Positions 43,707-55,095 of a DNA stretch of 64,000 nucleotides are shown here, piece by piece (the first letter of the stretch is position 1; every line of letters begins with the position of its first letter). Below the pieces are notes generated by a model that worked only from the letters and a program-made list of their open reading frames with translations, was not told the origin of the DNA and ran no database searches. Made by a program: the position numbers and the translations under genes. The stretch covers positions 1 to 64,000 of IMG/VR virus record IMGVR_UViG_3300025949_000019. One strand, 5' to 3'. Source of the DNA: a virus.

Positions 43707-45038
43707 ATGTCAAACTCAATCTTAACACCAAATTATCGCTTCACGATTGCATCCGAGTTCTTGGATTCGTTTGCCAGGGAAGACGTTTCTTACTATCTTT
43801 TCATCGGAAAAATCCTTCCTTGGGCAAATGAAGCCTCACCAAACGTTGGTGATACATCAATTGTAACTCAGAAGGACGCATGGAATTCCATGATTTCAGC
43901 AAAGCGCCTTCGCGGTGATTCTGTCAGGCTTGTCATTCCAAGAACAGCTTGGACGGCCAATGTCATCTATACACCATATGATGATAATAACCCAACATAC
44001 TACACAAATACTTCAAACAAAATCTATGTTGTTACTGCTAATAATGAGGTCTATAAGTGTATTGACAATGCAAACACAGCAAATTCTACAATAGAGCCTA
44101 TTGGTAACAACAATAACAGCGGCTTTGTTAAGATGCAAGACGGTTACCTCTGGAAATATATGTTCACCGTTGCTTCTGAAGTAAATGATTCTGCATTTGT
44201 GACTTCAGATTATATTCCTGTACCATTGACTCAAGTCGGAACAACAGCCGTCGTTCCGGGGACAATCGACAGAATTATTGTCACCGATCCGGGGTTTGGT
44301 TATAATGGCGCAAATGCCGGTATTGATCTAGCAATCGTGACAATTACCGGAGATGGTTCTGGTGCTACCGCAGTTGCAAACGTGGGCTTAACTGGCAATA
44401 TTTCATCTGTTACTGTCACTTCCCAAGGAACGGGCTACACATATGCAAATGTGACATTTGCTGGTGGTGTTGGAGCAACAGCAAGAGCAATCATCTCGCC
44501 GGTTAATGGACACGGTTTCGCACCAGCAGAGGAATTGAACGCAAAGCAAGTCTTGTTGGCTGGGCGTATTGGAAGACCAGATTCGACCGAAGGTGGTACA
44601 TTTACTATTCAAAATGACTTCAGACAGTTCGGTATAATAAAAAATCCATATAAATATAACACTACCGAGATTGCAAACTCAAATTCTGTCAGCCAGACAG
44701 TAGATATCACAATCGTAGAAGATAATTCTCCTGATTTTGCTATCGATGATTTTGTGTTTCAGATTGATGCAAATGGAAGCATCGTTTTCTCTGGGAATGT
44801 TGTTGATATTGGCAATCAATCAAACACAGCAATTGTTAAGGTTACCCAAGCAACTGGTGTGGTTCAAGTAGGAAACCTGATGTTTAACACAAATTCAGTA
44901 AAATCTAAGAGGGTTCAATCATTCAGCAATCCTCCACTAGAACGATATTCTGGACAAGTCTTGTATTTTGAAAATATACTAGCAGTCCAAAGAAACAACA
45001 ATCAAGCGGAAGTGTTCAAAGTTCTATTTGATTTTTAG
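43707..45038 (+). CDS. gp8: baseplate wedge subunit
   Basis: Y.FIG...PW, VYKCIDN, DGY.WKYMF, GHG....EL, NDFRQ.GII.NP. Confidence 0.88.
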   Translation: MSNSILTPNYRFTIASEFLDSFAREDVSYYLFIGKILPWANEASPNVGDTSIVTQKDAWNSMISAKRLRGDSVRLVIPRTAWTANVIYTPYDDNNPTYYTNTSNKIYVVTANNEVYKCIDNANTANSTIEPIGNNNNSGFVKMQDGYLWKYMFTVASEVNDSAFVTSDYIPVPLTQVGTTAVVPGTIDRIIVTDPGFGYNGANAGIDLAIVTITGDGSGATAVANVGLTGNISSVTVTSQGTGYTYANVTFAGGVGATARAIISPVNGHGFAPAEELNAKQVLLAGRIGRPDSTEGGTFTIQNDFRQFGIIKNPYKYNTTEIANSNSVSQTVDITIVEDNSPDFAIDDFVFQIDANGSIVFSGNVVDIGNQSNTAIVKVTQATGVVQVGNLMFNTNSVKSKRVQSFSNPPLERYSGQVLYFENILAVQRNNNQAEVFKVLFDF

Positions 45039-45046
45039 GGAAATAA

Positions 45047-48000
45047 ATGGAAAAAACCAATCTTAATGTTGCACCATATTTTGACGATTTTGATGAATCT
45101 AAGAATTTTCATAGAATTCTATTTCGTCCGGGATATGCAGTTCAAGGTCGTGAGCTAACCCAACTTCAGACAATCCTACAGAATCAGATTGAACGCCTTG
45201 GAAATAACATCCTTAAGGATGGTTCGCCCGTTACTGGTGGACAGACAAACCTCTACACCGATGTTACCTATGTTAAGCTAGAATCAACATTCGGTGGCTT
45301 GGTATTAAACGTAGACCAATATGACGGTGCAGAAATTGTTGACACCGCTGGTCGCGGCGCTAGAGCCAGAATTATTGCAGTTGCACCAGAATCAGCAGAC
45401 CCACCAACATTCATGATTCGTTATGTCTCCGGCCAGGAATTTCTTCCATCGGACACAATCGCGCTTTCGGTTTCTCCATCAGTTGGTATTGCAAAAATTC
45501 GTTCTGATTCAGACTCTATTGGTCTCGGCTCTGTTGCTGCTATTCTCGAAGGTGTATTTTTCGTTCGAGGTTTCTTTGTTCACACTCCACAACAAGTTGT
45601 AATTCTAGACAAATATGGTGTCACACCAACATATTCAGTTGGTCTTGAAATAACAGAATCCATCGTAACAGAACATGATGATGATACTCTGTTAGACCCG
45701 GCCTTGGATTCTTCTAACTTCCAAGCACCTGGCGCAGATCGTTTCTCTATTACACTAAATTTCAACAAACGAGCACCTAGCTCAATTGATGTTACGGAAT
45801 TTATTCAATTGATGACAATTGAAAATGGTGTAATAACAGAATGGGTTAAATATCCAATCTACAATGAAATCGAAAAGACACTAGCAAGAAGAACATACGA
45901 CCAAGCTGGCAACTATACCGTCCGCGCATTCAGAGCTACCGTCTCCGAAGATGATTCAAATAACGCAAACTATATCGTAACCCTAGATGCAGGTAAAGCA
46001 TATGTCTTTGGTTTTGAATTTGAAACAATCGCACCAACAAAGATATCGGTTCCAAAACCAAGAACAAGAACATCGATCAATAACTATGCATTGTCGATGA
46101 ACTATGGTGATTTTGTTTTTGTTCAAAATGCAAATGGTTTCTTTGATACATCTCAATTCTCTAGCATTGATCTTCACTGTGTTCCGAGTGGAAACATTGA
46201 TTTTTCTGTCTCTGCAAACTATGCCAATACAAAGATTGGTACTGCAAGAATTCGTGATTGGGTTCTAGAATCAACAGGAACAATTTCACTAGCAAACACA
46301 TACCAATACAGAGCGCATCTATTTGACGTAAACACAATTTCTCTAGCTGCAAACTCAGCAGGAACAAACAACACAATCGGCTCTGTTAACCTAGCCTCTG
46401 GTTTTTCTTCTGTCTCAAACGCCTATGTTGGCGCAATTCTGACGGTGACAGCCGGAACATCAGTTGGTGATAGAAGAACAATAACATCATACAACGGTGT
46501 GACAAAAATTGCTACTGTAGATGCAAACTTCAGCGTTATTCCAGACACAACTTCTGTTATTTCATTAGACTTCCAATTCAAGGACGTTGAATCTCTTGCA
46601 ATCAGAAATGTGACTGGTGTCAATGCATTTGCTGATATTGCGTCATCTTCCAAGGATAGCACAACAACATTTAATGATGCATTTTTGACAGATACCGCAT
46701 TTGATTCATTGATCTTTGAATTGCCATACCGTTTCGTCGTAGCGACAGATGCCGCAAATAGCATCACTGGTATTGCAGATGTTTCGTATCAATACCGCAA
46801 AGTCTTTACACCAACTCTAACTGCAAACACTGTCATCTTGAACTTGTCTGGAGCAGAACAATTTATTGGTTCTGCTGGCGTGCAAGGATCATTACAGAAA
46901 ACTCTAGATTGGTTCATTGAAGTCACAAATCCAGTCAATTCAACGTTTGGTAAGGGCGCAGTCGTACCGGTTGGCGATACACCTACTACTATCACATTGA
47001 CTGGCACCCAGACTGCAAATATCACAATTGCAGGTGGTGGAAACTCAACAATTGCGGTTGTCGCAATCGTAAACGTAACAAATGGTGGTAGAAAAACAAA
47101 AACAAAAGTTCTTGCAAACACAACAACGCTACCAACATCATCGGGACAACTTGCATATGACCAGTCTGGTGTTGTCGTGCCAGGTGTCAATGTGTACTCA
47201 TCAGTTGGTCAAGTTGATTTTGCAAACAACAGCGTTCTACCAAAGACACCTGATACTGATCTATCATTGTACATCCCAGACGTTATTTCTTTGGTAAAAG
47301 TTGTTCAATCTGCAAATTCATCTACGCCGGTTGCCCTCGCGGACGTTTCTGATCCAACGAAGGATATAACAACATACTATACTCTAGACACTGGTCAAAA
47401 AGATGGCTACTATGGTATGGCGAAGATTCGCCTAAAGTCTGGATCACCACCACCAACTGGACAAATTCGTGTCTTTGTGAACTACTATGATCACGACCAG
47501 AACCAAGGATACTTCTCTGTCGATAGTTATCCAAATGCAAACAACCAGACTGGTTATGCAGATATTCCACAATACACATCACCATCAGGCAGAGTCTTTT
47601 CGCTTCGTGATTGCATCGATTTCAGACCAAGGAAAACAATTGGTTTTGCAAATACGTTTACATCACCAACATACATCGCAGCCTCAGAGACTAACTTTAC
47701 TCTAGACTTTGCATACTATCTTGCAAGAATCGATAACGTTGTTTTAACCAGAGACAAGCAATTTGACATTGTTCAGGGCATTGATGCGTTAATTCCATCA
47801 GCACCAAAACAACGTGACGATGCAATGTTGTTGAATGTTCTTTCATTGCCACCTTACATCTCTGATGCTGCAAACAGCATTTCGATCAAGAATATCGAAA
47901 ACAAGCGTTACACAATGAGAGATATCGGTTCTCTAGAGCAAAGAATTCAAGACTTAGAATACTATACGTCTCTATCGTTGCTAGAACAAGCAACACTAAC

Positions 48001-51000
48001 AAAGACAGACGACACCATCCTAGATGACGCCGGACTAGAAAGAACAAAGAACGGTTTTATCGTAGATTCATTTGCAGACTTCTCAGCCGCAGATCACGAT
48101 TCTATTGATTTTAGAGCATCTATTGATACATTCAATAGAAGAATGAAGCCAAGCTTCATTTCAGACAACTATGATGTGTTCTTCTATGCAAACGGATCAA
48201 TTGCTGGTACATACAGCACACGCGGTTCTTTTGTCATGCTACCATATGATGATAACACATCATTAGTTTACCAAAACCTAGCAAGCAAGATTGAAAATCT
48301 AAATCCGTTCAATGTAACAAAATGGGCTGGTTCGGTTGGTCTTGCACCGCCAAATGATACTTGGATTGACCAACACGTAACTCAGATTGTTACAAATCCA
48401 AACGCACAGCTTCCATTGTCAACAACACAAACACTATGGGAAAACTGGACCTCATTGTACCATGGATATACATGGAGTGCATATTTCCCAGATGCAAAAA
48501 GAGCCGCAGTTGCATATGGAGCCTCGTCGATTGGTGTAAATCCAGACGTTGCAGATAGAATTGGCTTCCCTGTTAATGGTTTCGGTGGTTTGGGTAACGA
48601 TCCGAACGTTTTTGAATTCTCTATTGGTTACACAACAACAGCAATCAGAACAATTCAATACGAAGAAGTAAGGACTGCTCTTGGCACTAGAATCCTGAAT
48701 ACAACTATTATTCCATTTATTCGTTCTAGAGCAGTTAATTTCTCGTCTAAGAATGTTCGACCAAGCACAGCATATTATCCATTCTTTGATGGTGTGCCAG
48801 TTCTTGACTATGTAAAGAGAGCAAACGTAATCAGATTGGTTAAGACACCAGTTTCTTCTGGTCAGTTTACAGAGGAAGTTCAGGATACATATGGCTCTCC
48901 CGACATGTTGTTTCACTTTGATAACTTCCCACCAGCGAGCGCAACACAGAAAGGACTTAGTTGCCTATTGACATATGCAGCAAATATTGGTCTAACTGTA
49001 CCTGTGATAACAACTCAAGGTGTTTCCGATGGTGCAAAGGCTTCAGCAGTTGTTTATGGTGATGCTGAGATTGCAAACACGACAACAAATGCGATCTACG
49101 GTGTTTCGCACCTAGGAAATGGTTTGATTTCTGGTGTATGGTTCCAGATTAGCCAGTATGAACATTATTCTGGCAACGTAGTCAGTGCTACATCTTCGAC
49201 TGTCAGAATTTCAACAAACGCTCATGCTAATGCATATTTCTTTTCACCATCTATTGGCACAAAGAAATGGTCTGACCTAGCTGCATTCTCATCAGCACAG
49301 TGGGCGGCTCTTGGAGATGATGGAGTTGTCAGGATCGTTGGTGGAACAGGAGCGGGCCAGTCTAGACAAATTCTAAGTTATGCCCTAGCTACAAACACAC
49401 TTTCTGTCAATACTGCATGGACAACTACTCCAGATTCGACTTCGGTCTACTCTATTGGTCTTCCACGTTCCGTAGAAACAGGACATATTGGTGGTGTCTT
49501 TAATATTCCAAACACATCTATCATGCAATTTAGAACTGGTGATAGAGTGTTTAGACTGACAGATTCACCAACAAACAATGATAACCTAGCAACATCTATT
49601 GCAATAGGAAAATACTCTGCATCTGGCTCACTGCAGGAAGTTCAACAAGATGTTCTAGTGACCAGAAGGGTTAAATCTATAACAGATACTACAACACAAG
49701 GCGGTATTGTTGCCATTGCAAACGAAGACTTGGTTGCATTGACAGACCCATTGGCGCAGAGTTTCATCGTTGATGCAAGAACATATCCAAATGGTGTGTT
49801 CTTGAGCAAGCTTCGTTTCTGTTTTGCATCAAAAGATTTCTTCTTGCCAGTCACACTACAAGTAAGAACAATGGTCAATGGATTCCCAAATTCTAAGGAA
49901 GTCATCGACCAAGTTTCATTGAATCCTCAATACGTAAAAACAACATCGCTGCCGAATTTGAATGATGCAAACAAATACACTGAATTCAAATTCGTGAATC
50001 CGATCTTCCTAGCAGCAGGGCAGGAATATGCGTTTGTTTTGTTGTCTGACAGCAATCAATACAACATCTATGTTTCTGAAGTTGGTGGCATTGATATTGC
50101 ATCTGGCGCACAGATCACAAAACAGCCAACATTAGGTTCATTGTTCAAATCTCAAAATTCATCTACTTGGACACCTGTTCAGGAAGAAGACTTGATGTTT
50201 GCAATCAATATTTGCAAATTCGACACAACAAAAACAGCAAACGTCAACTTCAGAATTTCACCATTGGCTGCAAATGCAAACGTAGACGTATTCTATTTCT
50301 CGTCTGTTTCTCTATCACCGCCAACTACTGATATTGATTTCAAGTTCACATCAGAGTTGATTTCCGGTGGATTGACTGGAAACAAAGCATTCATTCCAAA
50401 TATAACAACATATTTCGACGATGCTCTAGGTCGTAGAGTCTTCAAGGCTAACAGCAATACATCATTTACTGTTACAGCAGACATGACAAGCACAAACCAA
50501 TGGGTTAGCCCTGCAATAGATATTTCTTCTGGTTTGTCTGTCTTCGGGATTCAGTACCAGATAAACAATGGCGAGTTGTCGAACAACAACATTGTTATCA
50601 CAAATCAAGGGACTGGATATCTGATTACAGATAACTCAAACGTTCAGATCACAATCTCTGGCGGTGGTGGTTCTGGTGCGACAGCAAAGGTTAATGCAAT
50701 CTCTAATGGCGCAATCACAAGTATTGTCTTGACAAATCCTGGTTCTGGATATTATACAACACCATCTTTGGCTATTAACTTCATTGGTAACACAACAATG
50801 AGAGCCGCAAACACAAACGTAGCTGCAACTATCTTGGGAGAAACATCAACAAGAGGCGGCAATGCACAAGCAAGATATGTCATGAAAAAAGTAAAACTTG
50901 CTGATGGATTTGATTCGTCTGACCTGCGTGTCTACCTAACTGCATACAAGCCACAAGGTTCGCAAATCTATGTCTATTACAAAGTCCTATCTGCGGAGGA

Positions 51001-51265
51001 CCCAGATGTGTTTGATAACAAGCCATGGACACAAATGACACAACTAGGAAATACTCTAGTTACATCTCCTGCAAAGGATAACATCATTGAGTTCACGTAT
51101 GCACCTGGAACAAATGGCGATCCATCAAAGGAAATTATCTACAATGGTTACAACACATTCAGATATTTCGCAATCAAGGTCGTTTCATTTGCCACGAACT
51201 TGACAGATGTTCCTGAGTTTAGAAATATTCGAGTAATCGCACTTCCATCTGGTAAGGTAATCTAA
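45047..51265 (+). CDS. large virion structural protein (DUF4815/VrlC-like)
   Basis: TNLNVAPYFDDF, RILFRPG.AVQ.RELTQLQ, APGADR, NKRYTMRDIG.LE.RI..LEYYTSL, DPLAQSF, GSLFKSQN.STW. Confidence 0.85.
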   Translation: MEKTNLNVAPYFDDFDESKNFHRILFRPGYAVQGRELTQLQTILQNQIERLGNNILKDGSPVTGGQTNLYTDVTYVKLESTFGGLVLNVDQYDGAEIVDTAGRGARARIIAVAPESADPPTFMIRYVSGQEFLPSDTIALSVSPSVGIAKIRSDSDSIGLGSVAAILEGVFFVRGFFVHTPQQVVILDKYGVTPTYSVGLEITESIVTEHDDDTLLDPALDSSNFQAPGADRFSITLNFNKRAPSSIDVTEFIQLMTIENGVITEWVKYPIYNEIEKTLARRTYDQAGNYTVRAFRATVSEDDSNNANYIVTLDAGKAYVFGFEFETIAPTKISVPKPRTRTSINNYALSMNYGDFVFVQNANGFFDTSQFSSIDLHCVPSGNIDFSVSANYANTKIGTARIRDWVLESTGTISLANTYQYRAHLFDVNTISLAANSAGTNNTIGSVNLASGFSSVSNAYVGAILTVTAGTSVGDRRTITSYNGVTKIATVDANFSVIPDTTSVISLDFQFKDVESLAIRNVTGVNAFADIASSSKDSTTTFNDAFLTDTAFDSLIFELPYRFVVATDAANSITGIADVSYQYRKVFTPTLTANTVILNLSGAEQFIGSAGVQGSLQKTLDWFIEVTNPVNSTFGKGAVVPVGDTPTTITLTGTQTANITIAGGGNSTIAVVAIVNVTNGGRKTKTKVLANTTTLPTSSGQLAYDQSGVVVPGVNVYSSVGQVDFANNSVLPKTPDTDLSLYIPDVISLVKVVQSANSSTPVALADVSDPTKDITTYYTLDTGQKDGYYGMAKIRLKSGSPPPTGQIRVFVNYYDHDQNQGYFSVDSYPNANNQTGYADIPQYTSPSGRVFSLRDCIDFRPRKTIGFANTFTSPTYIAASETNFTLDFAYYLARIDNVVLTRDKQFDIVQGIDALIPSAPKQRDDAMLLNVLSLPPYISDAANSISIKNIENKRYTMRDIGSLEQRIQDLEYYTSLSLLEQATLTKTDDTILDDAGLERTKNGFIVDSFADFSAADHDSIDFRASIDTFNRRMKPSFISDNYDVFFYANGSIAGTYSTRGSFVMLPYDDNTSLVYQNLASKIENLNPFNVTKWAGSVGLAPPNDTWIDQHVTQIVTNPNAQLPLSTTQTLWENWTSLYHGYTWSAYFPDAKRAAVAYGASSIGVNPDVADRIGFPVNGFGGLGNDPNVFEFSIGYTTTAIRTIQYEEVRTALGTRILNTTIIPFIRSRAVNFSSKNVRPSTAYYPFFDGVPVLDYVKRANVIRLVKTPVSSGQFTEEVQDTYGSPDMLFHFDNFPPASATQKGLSCLLTYAANIGLTVPVITTQGVSDGAKASAVVYGDAEIANTTTNAIYGVSHLGNGLISGVWFQISQYEHYSGNVVSATSSTVRISTNAHANAYFFSPSIGTKKWSDLAAFSSAQWAALGDDGVVRIVGGTGAGQSRQILSYALATNTLSVNTAWTTTPDSTSVYSIGLPRSVETGHIGGVFNIPNTSIMQFRTGDRVFRLTDSPTNNDNLATSIAIGKYSASGSLQEVQQDVLVTRRVKSITDTTTQGGIVAIANEDLVALTDPLAQSFIVDARTYPNGVFLSKLRFCFASKDFFLPVTLQVRTMVNGFPNSKEVIDQVSLNPQYVKTTSLPNLNDANKYTEFKFVNPIFLAAGQEYAFVLLSDSNQYNIYVSEVGGIDIASGAQITKQPTLGSLFKSQNSSTWTPVQEEDLMFAINICKFDTTKTANVNFRISPLAANANVDVFYFSSVSLSPPTTDIDFKFTSELISGGLTGNKAFIPNITTYFDDALGRRVFKANSNTSFTVTADMTSTNQWVSPAIDISSGLSVFGIQYQINNGELSNNNIVITNQGTGYLITDNSNVQITISGGGGSGATAKVNAISNGAITSIVLTNPGSGYYTTPSLAINFIGNTTMRAANTNVAATILGETSTRGGNAQARYVMKKVKLADGFDSSDLRVYLTAYKPQGSQIYVYYKVLSAEDPDVFDNKPWTQMTQLGNTLVTSPAKDNIIEFTYAPGTNGDPSKEIIYNGYNTFRYFAIKVVSFATNLTDVPEFRNIRVIALPSGKVI

Positions 51266-51268
51266 CAT

Positions 51269-51529
51269 ATGTCAAAAAATAATATCGCAAAGATAACGGA
51301 CGCGCCTGACTACGGTCGTGACATGGAGAGTGGCGCTGTTATACTTACAAACAAGAAGCCGTTGGATAAATACATGCTAGAAAAACAAAGGCGTCTTGAT
51401 GACAAAAGAAAAATCAGTTCACTAGAATCTGAGGTAGAATCTCTACGAAAAGAAATTGAGGACATTTCTGTTCTAGTTTACGACCTGAAAAAATACTGCG
51501 AAGACCATAACAAAGATTTCATTAAATGA
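51269..51529 (+). CDS. small coiled-coil protein
   Basis: RD..SGA.I..N followed by heptads. Confidence 0.7.
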   Translation: MSKNNIAKITDAPDYGRDMESGAVILTNKKPLDKYMLEKQRRLDDKRKISSLESEVESLRKEIEDISVLVYDLKKYCEDHNKDFIK

Positions 51530-53370
51530 TTCCACAGCTAACCACAGCTAATACCTTCGGGGAATGGCAAAACGACACCCAACAATTGATTGTTTTGATG
51601 AATCAATTGACAGATGGTGCTCAATTCAATGCAAATACATTGCTTGTTCTAACCAAACTTCAGGTCGCAAACCTGATTGTTTCTGGTGCAATCATCAATG
51701 GTCTGAACACATCTTCCGTCGCTGAAGGAAGCAATCTCTATTTCACAGCCGCTAGGGTTCGTGCGAATGTATCCAATACGGGTCCAGTAACTTACGATGC
51801 CACAAACGGTATTTTTGGTTTTGCAAACAGTGGTGCAACTGCTGGATCATATGGCGATGTAACACACCTTCCAGCCATAACAGTAGATAGATATGGTAGA
51901 ATCACCTCTGTAGCAAACACAACAGTAAAACAACCAGTCCTAAAAAACAACACATTAATTTCAACTCGCGCCGGACTGAACTTCCAACCCGGTGCAAACA
52001 TCGTAGTTACAATTTTCGATGATGCTGCAAACGACCAAGCTAATATTGTCCTAGACGGTGTTTGGGGTGGTGGACCTAACCCTCTTGGATTTACTAACTT
52101 CCTGATCAATTCTGTCTCTGTCGCAGCAAACACAAACGTAGTCAATTTCCTAGCTGGTCCGGGAGTTAACATTACCGGTGCATACAAAGCTGCCGGTGCT
52201 GGTGAGACTGATTTGTTCTTCTATTCGAACAATGCATACGATACCGCAAATGCAGCCTTCCTAGAAGCAAACAGCGCAGCACTAGCGGCTAACACGGTTG
52301 CAACTGCGGCTAAGATCAGGGCTAATGTTTCGAATTCAGCACCGATCACATACGATGCAACAAACGGTATCTTTGGACTTGCTTCGTCTGGTGTTACTGC
52401 AACATCATATGGCAACACCTCGTATGTTGCATCGTTCACGGTAGACGCAACTGGTAGAATAACATCTGCATCTAACGTAGCAGTAAACTACACTGGCGCA
52501 AGAGCCGTTCTATCTGCGACTGCACCGGTTGTTTACGATACATCAAATGGAATCTTCTCGCTTGCTGCTTCAGGTGTCTCAGCTACAACATACGGCGATT
52601 CTACCCACGTTGCTTCATTTACTGTAGATGCAACTGGTAGAATAACAGCAGCGTCAAACGTTTCAGTCAACTACAACGGCGCAAGGTCTGTTTTATCAAA
52701 TACAGCACCGGTTAATTATGACACGACAAATGGAATATTCAGTCATGCAGCCAGCGGCGTCACCGCAAAAGGATATGGAGATTCTGTCGATATTCCAGTT
52801 ATCGTTGTCGATGCATTCGGTCATTTGACGGCAGTAACAAACACCGCAATTCGTTCTGCAAGCACATCACAAACTGGTATTGTACAGCTAAATGACAGCG
52901 TAACAAGCAATTCGGTTACATTGGCTGCAACTGCAAATGCGGTGCTTACCGTAAACAATAGCATCACCGCGGTGAAAGCTGGATTAGGTACTATGGCTAG
53001 CCAGAGTTCCGCATCAGTTTCAATTACTGGCGGTTCAATAACATCAACTTCTGTTTCTGCAACAAGAGTTTCTGAAACACTGAATCCAACATACAGTCCG
53101 GGAGCAAGTGCTGGTGTGTCAGTTGATTGGGGAAATGGTGGTTCGACAATAGTAACTAATGGAACAAACGCAATTACATTCATTAATATTCCAGCCGGAG
53201 TTGCTGGTCACATTGTCAAGATAGATAACTTCAATAATGTAACGTGGCCTGCTGCTGTTGACTTTGGTGTTGGTGGAAAGCCGTCAATTGCTGGTGCTGC
53301 ATATGTCACATTAACAACAATCAACAGCGGTACTGCAATCGCAGCCTCAATTCTATGGCGTGCTGTCTAA
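51526..53370 (+). CDS. tail fibre protein with internal repeats
   Basis: NTF.EW N-terminus; four copies of P..YD..NGIF....SG.....YG.......TVD..GRIT; G.VQL...SNS.T.AATA.AV fibre motif. Confidence 0.8.
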   Translation: MIPQLTTANTFGEWQNDTQQLIVLMNQLTDGAQFNANTLLVLTKLQVANLIVSGAIINGLNTSSVAEGSNLYFTAARVRANVSNTGPVTYDATNGIFGFANSGATAGSYGDVTHLPAITVDRYGRITSVANTTVKQPVLKNNTLISTRAGLNFQPGANIVVTIFDDAANDQANIVLDGVWGGGPNPLGFTNFLINSVSVAANTNVVNFLAGPGVNITGAYKAAGAGETDLFFYSNNAYDTANAAFLEANSAALAANTVATAAKIRANVSNSAPITYDATNGIFGLASSGVTATSYGNTSYVASFTVDATGRITSASNVAVNYTGARAVLSATAPVVYDTSNGIFSLAASGVSATTYGDSTHVASFTVDATGRITAASNVSVNYNGARSVLSNTAPVNYDTTNGIFSHAASGVTAKGYGDSVDIPVIVVDAFGHLTAVTNTAIRSASTSQTGIVQLNDSVTSNSVTLAATANAVLTVNNSITAVKAGLGTMASQSSASVSITGGSITSTSVSATRVSETLNPTYSPGASAGVSVDWGNGGSTIVTNGTNAITFINIPAGVAGHIVKIDNFNNVTWPAAVDFGVGGKPSIAGAAYVTLTTINSGTAIAASILWRAV

Positions 53371-54245
53371 TAAATCTAATGAAAAAACTTAGAAATTGTG
53401 TCTTCAAATTTAAGTCAAAAATGGGTGGTTGGTTAGCTCATAGAGGTGGTGGTGGTCGCCGTTCGATTTCCCTTGTAATTTCAGCCGATCAAACGTCACA
53501 ATATAACATCTCTACTGCGGCAGGCTCACCAACAAGTGTTTGTGATATATTACTAACAATAAACAGCGCCGTTGTATTAAAGGCTGGTTTGGTAACTGGA
53601 ATAATTCCGGCTGGCTCCACATTGAAAATAATAAACAATGGAAGTATTATTGGTATAGGTGGTGCCGGAGGTAGTGGTGGTTCTGTTACGTCTTTAGCTG
53701 CTCTTGATGGATCGCCCGGCGGCGCGGGTGGAGATGCGATTTCTCTAGCAATAAATGTGACAATCGATAATACTAATGGTAGTATATTTGGCGGTGGAGG
53801 CGGTGGAGGCGGTGGAGGTGCAGCAGCTTCAACAAACCCACCCCTAGACAATGCTTCGGCCGGAGGGTGCGGCGCCGGCGGTGGTGCTGGTTGGAATAAT
53901 GCTTCGGGTGGTAATGGTGGTTCGGGTAGGTTTTCTGATGGTGGTGGCACTTTTACTTCCGCACCAGGAACATCTGGAAGTTCTGGTGGAGCGGGTACTG
54001 GTGGTTCGGGCGGAAATTTCGATACTTATTTTGATACTGGCGGTAATGGTGGTAATGGTGGCGATTTTGGCGTTGCTGGTGGTACAGGCGGAGATGGTGT
54101 TCCAAATACGTCTGCACACCCAAATACTGTTGCTGGTCTTGGTGGTATTGGTGGTCCCGCTGGGTTTGCTGTCCGACTAGCTGGTCACACCTGTACATTC
54201 TTGGGTGGTAATAATGGCACACAGGTAAAAGGGCTGGTAGCCTAA
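53355..54245 (+). CDS. glycine-rich fibre-tip adhesin (gp38-like); true start probably downstream
   Basis: INNGSIIG.GG.GG, GG.GGDAI, N..G.IFGGGGGGG polyglycine blocks; follows the fibre gene. Confidence 0.7.
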   Translation: MACCLINLMKKLRNCVFKFKSKMGGWLAHRGGGGRRSISLVISADQTSQYNISTAAGSPTSVCDILLTINSAVVLKAGLVTGIIPAGSTLKIINNGSIIGIGGAGGSGGSVTSLAALDGSPGGAGGDAISLAINVTIDNTNGSIFGGGGGGGGGGAAASTNPPLDNASAGGCGAGGGAGWNNASGGNGGSGRFSDGGGTFTSAPGTSGSSGGAGTGGSGGNFDTYFDTGGNGGNGGDFGVAGGTGGDGVPNTSAHPNTVAGLGGIGGPAGFAVRLAGHTCTFLGGNNGTQVKGLVA

Positions 54246-54258
54246 ATAGAGTGTATAT

Positions 54259-54600
54259 ATGTCAACATTTATTGAATACACAGTAGAACAAAATGCCACC
54301 TTCAAGACGCAATTGCAACTGAAGGATGATACTGGTGTTGGTTTGAATTTGGTTTCATACGTAGTTTCATCTCAGGTTAGAAGGTCTTATTCTTCTATGA
54401 ATGTAGCTACAAATATTGTCTGTACTATGATTGATGCCCCAAATGGTGTAGTTCAACTGTCAATATCATATGCAAATACAGCAAACATAAAAGCTGGGCG
54501 ATATGTCTATGATGTTGTAGCACTAAACAATTCAACAAGCGAAGAACTAAGATTAATAGAAGGTATTATGACAATCACGCCAGCCGTCACACGACCATAA
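54259..54600 (+). CDS. virion structural protein (BppU N-terminal-like)
   Basis: EQNATF, SQVRRSY.S, AGRYVYDV, R..EG...ITP.VT; CTAAATA upstream. Confidence 0.75.
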   Translation: MSTFIEYTVEQNATFKTQLQLKDDTGVGLNLVSYVVSSQVRRSYSSMNVATNIVCTMIDAPNGVVQLSISYANTANIKAGRYVYDVVALNNSTSEELRLIEGIMTITPAVTRP

Positions 54601-54631
54601 AAGAAAGAAAAAGAAGGGTATATGGCACAAA

Positions 54632-55093
54632 ATGCAAACCACAGTACAAAGTATTTGGGATATCACATCGAGAGCAGACAGCATCTCTACGTTGATAACA
54701 GGAATCTTGGTTGTTTTATTCGTAGCTGGTAAGCTAGGCCTTGACTGGTGGAATAAAAAGCAAGCACAGAAAAAACAACAACAAGAACAAATCGCACCAA
54801 CATATCACTCAGACGAAGAACTAGATTCGATAGAATTAATCACTGGTACATACATAGAAATCATAAAGAAACTAAGAACAGAGGTTGATAAATTAAAGGA
54901 AGATGTTGCAATCCTAGAGACATTAAGGAAAGACAACGAGAAATTAGAACAAGAAGTACAGCACTTGAGAGACCAAAACAAGATATTGATAGAAGCTAAG
55001 ACAAGATTGGAAACAAAGATCAAGAATCTATCAGTAAAAGTAAAGAAGTTAGAAGCAACAAAAAAACAAAAAACGAAGAACAGGAGTAAATAA
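54632..55093 (+). CDS. membrane-anchored coiled-coil protein
   Basis: One TM segment followed by a long heptad repeat. Confidence 0.7.
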   Translation: MQTTVQSIWDITSRADSISTLITGILVVLFVAGKLGLDWWNKKQAQKKQQQEQIAPTYHSDEELDSIELITGTYIEIIKKLRTEVDKLKEDVAILETLRKDNEKLEQEVQHLRDQNKILIEAKTRLETKIKNLSVKVKKLEATKKQKTKNRSK

Positions 55094-55095
55094 GA

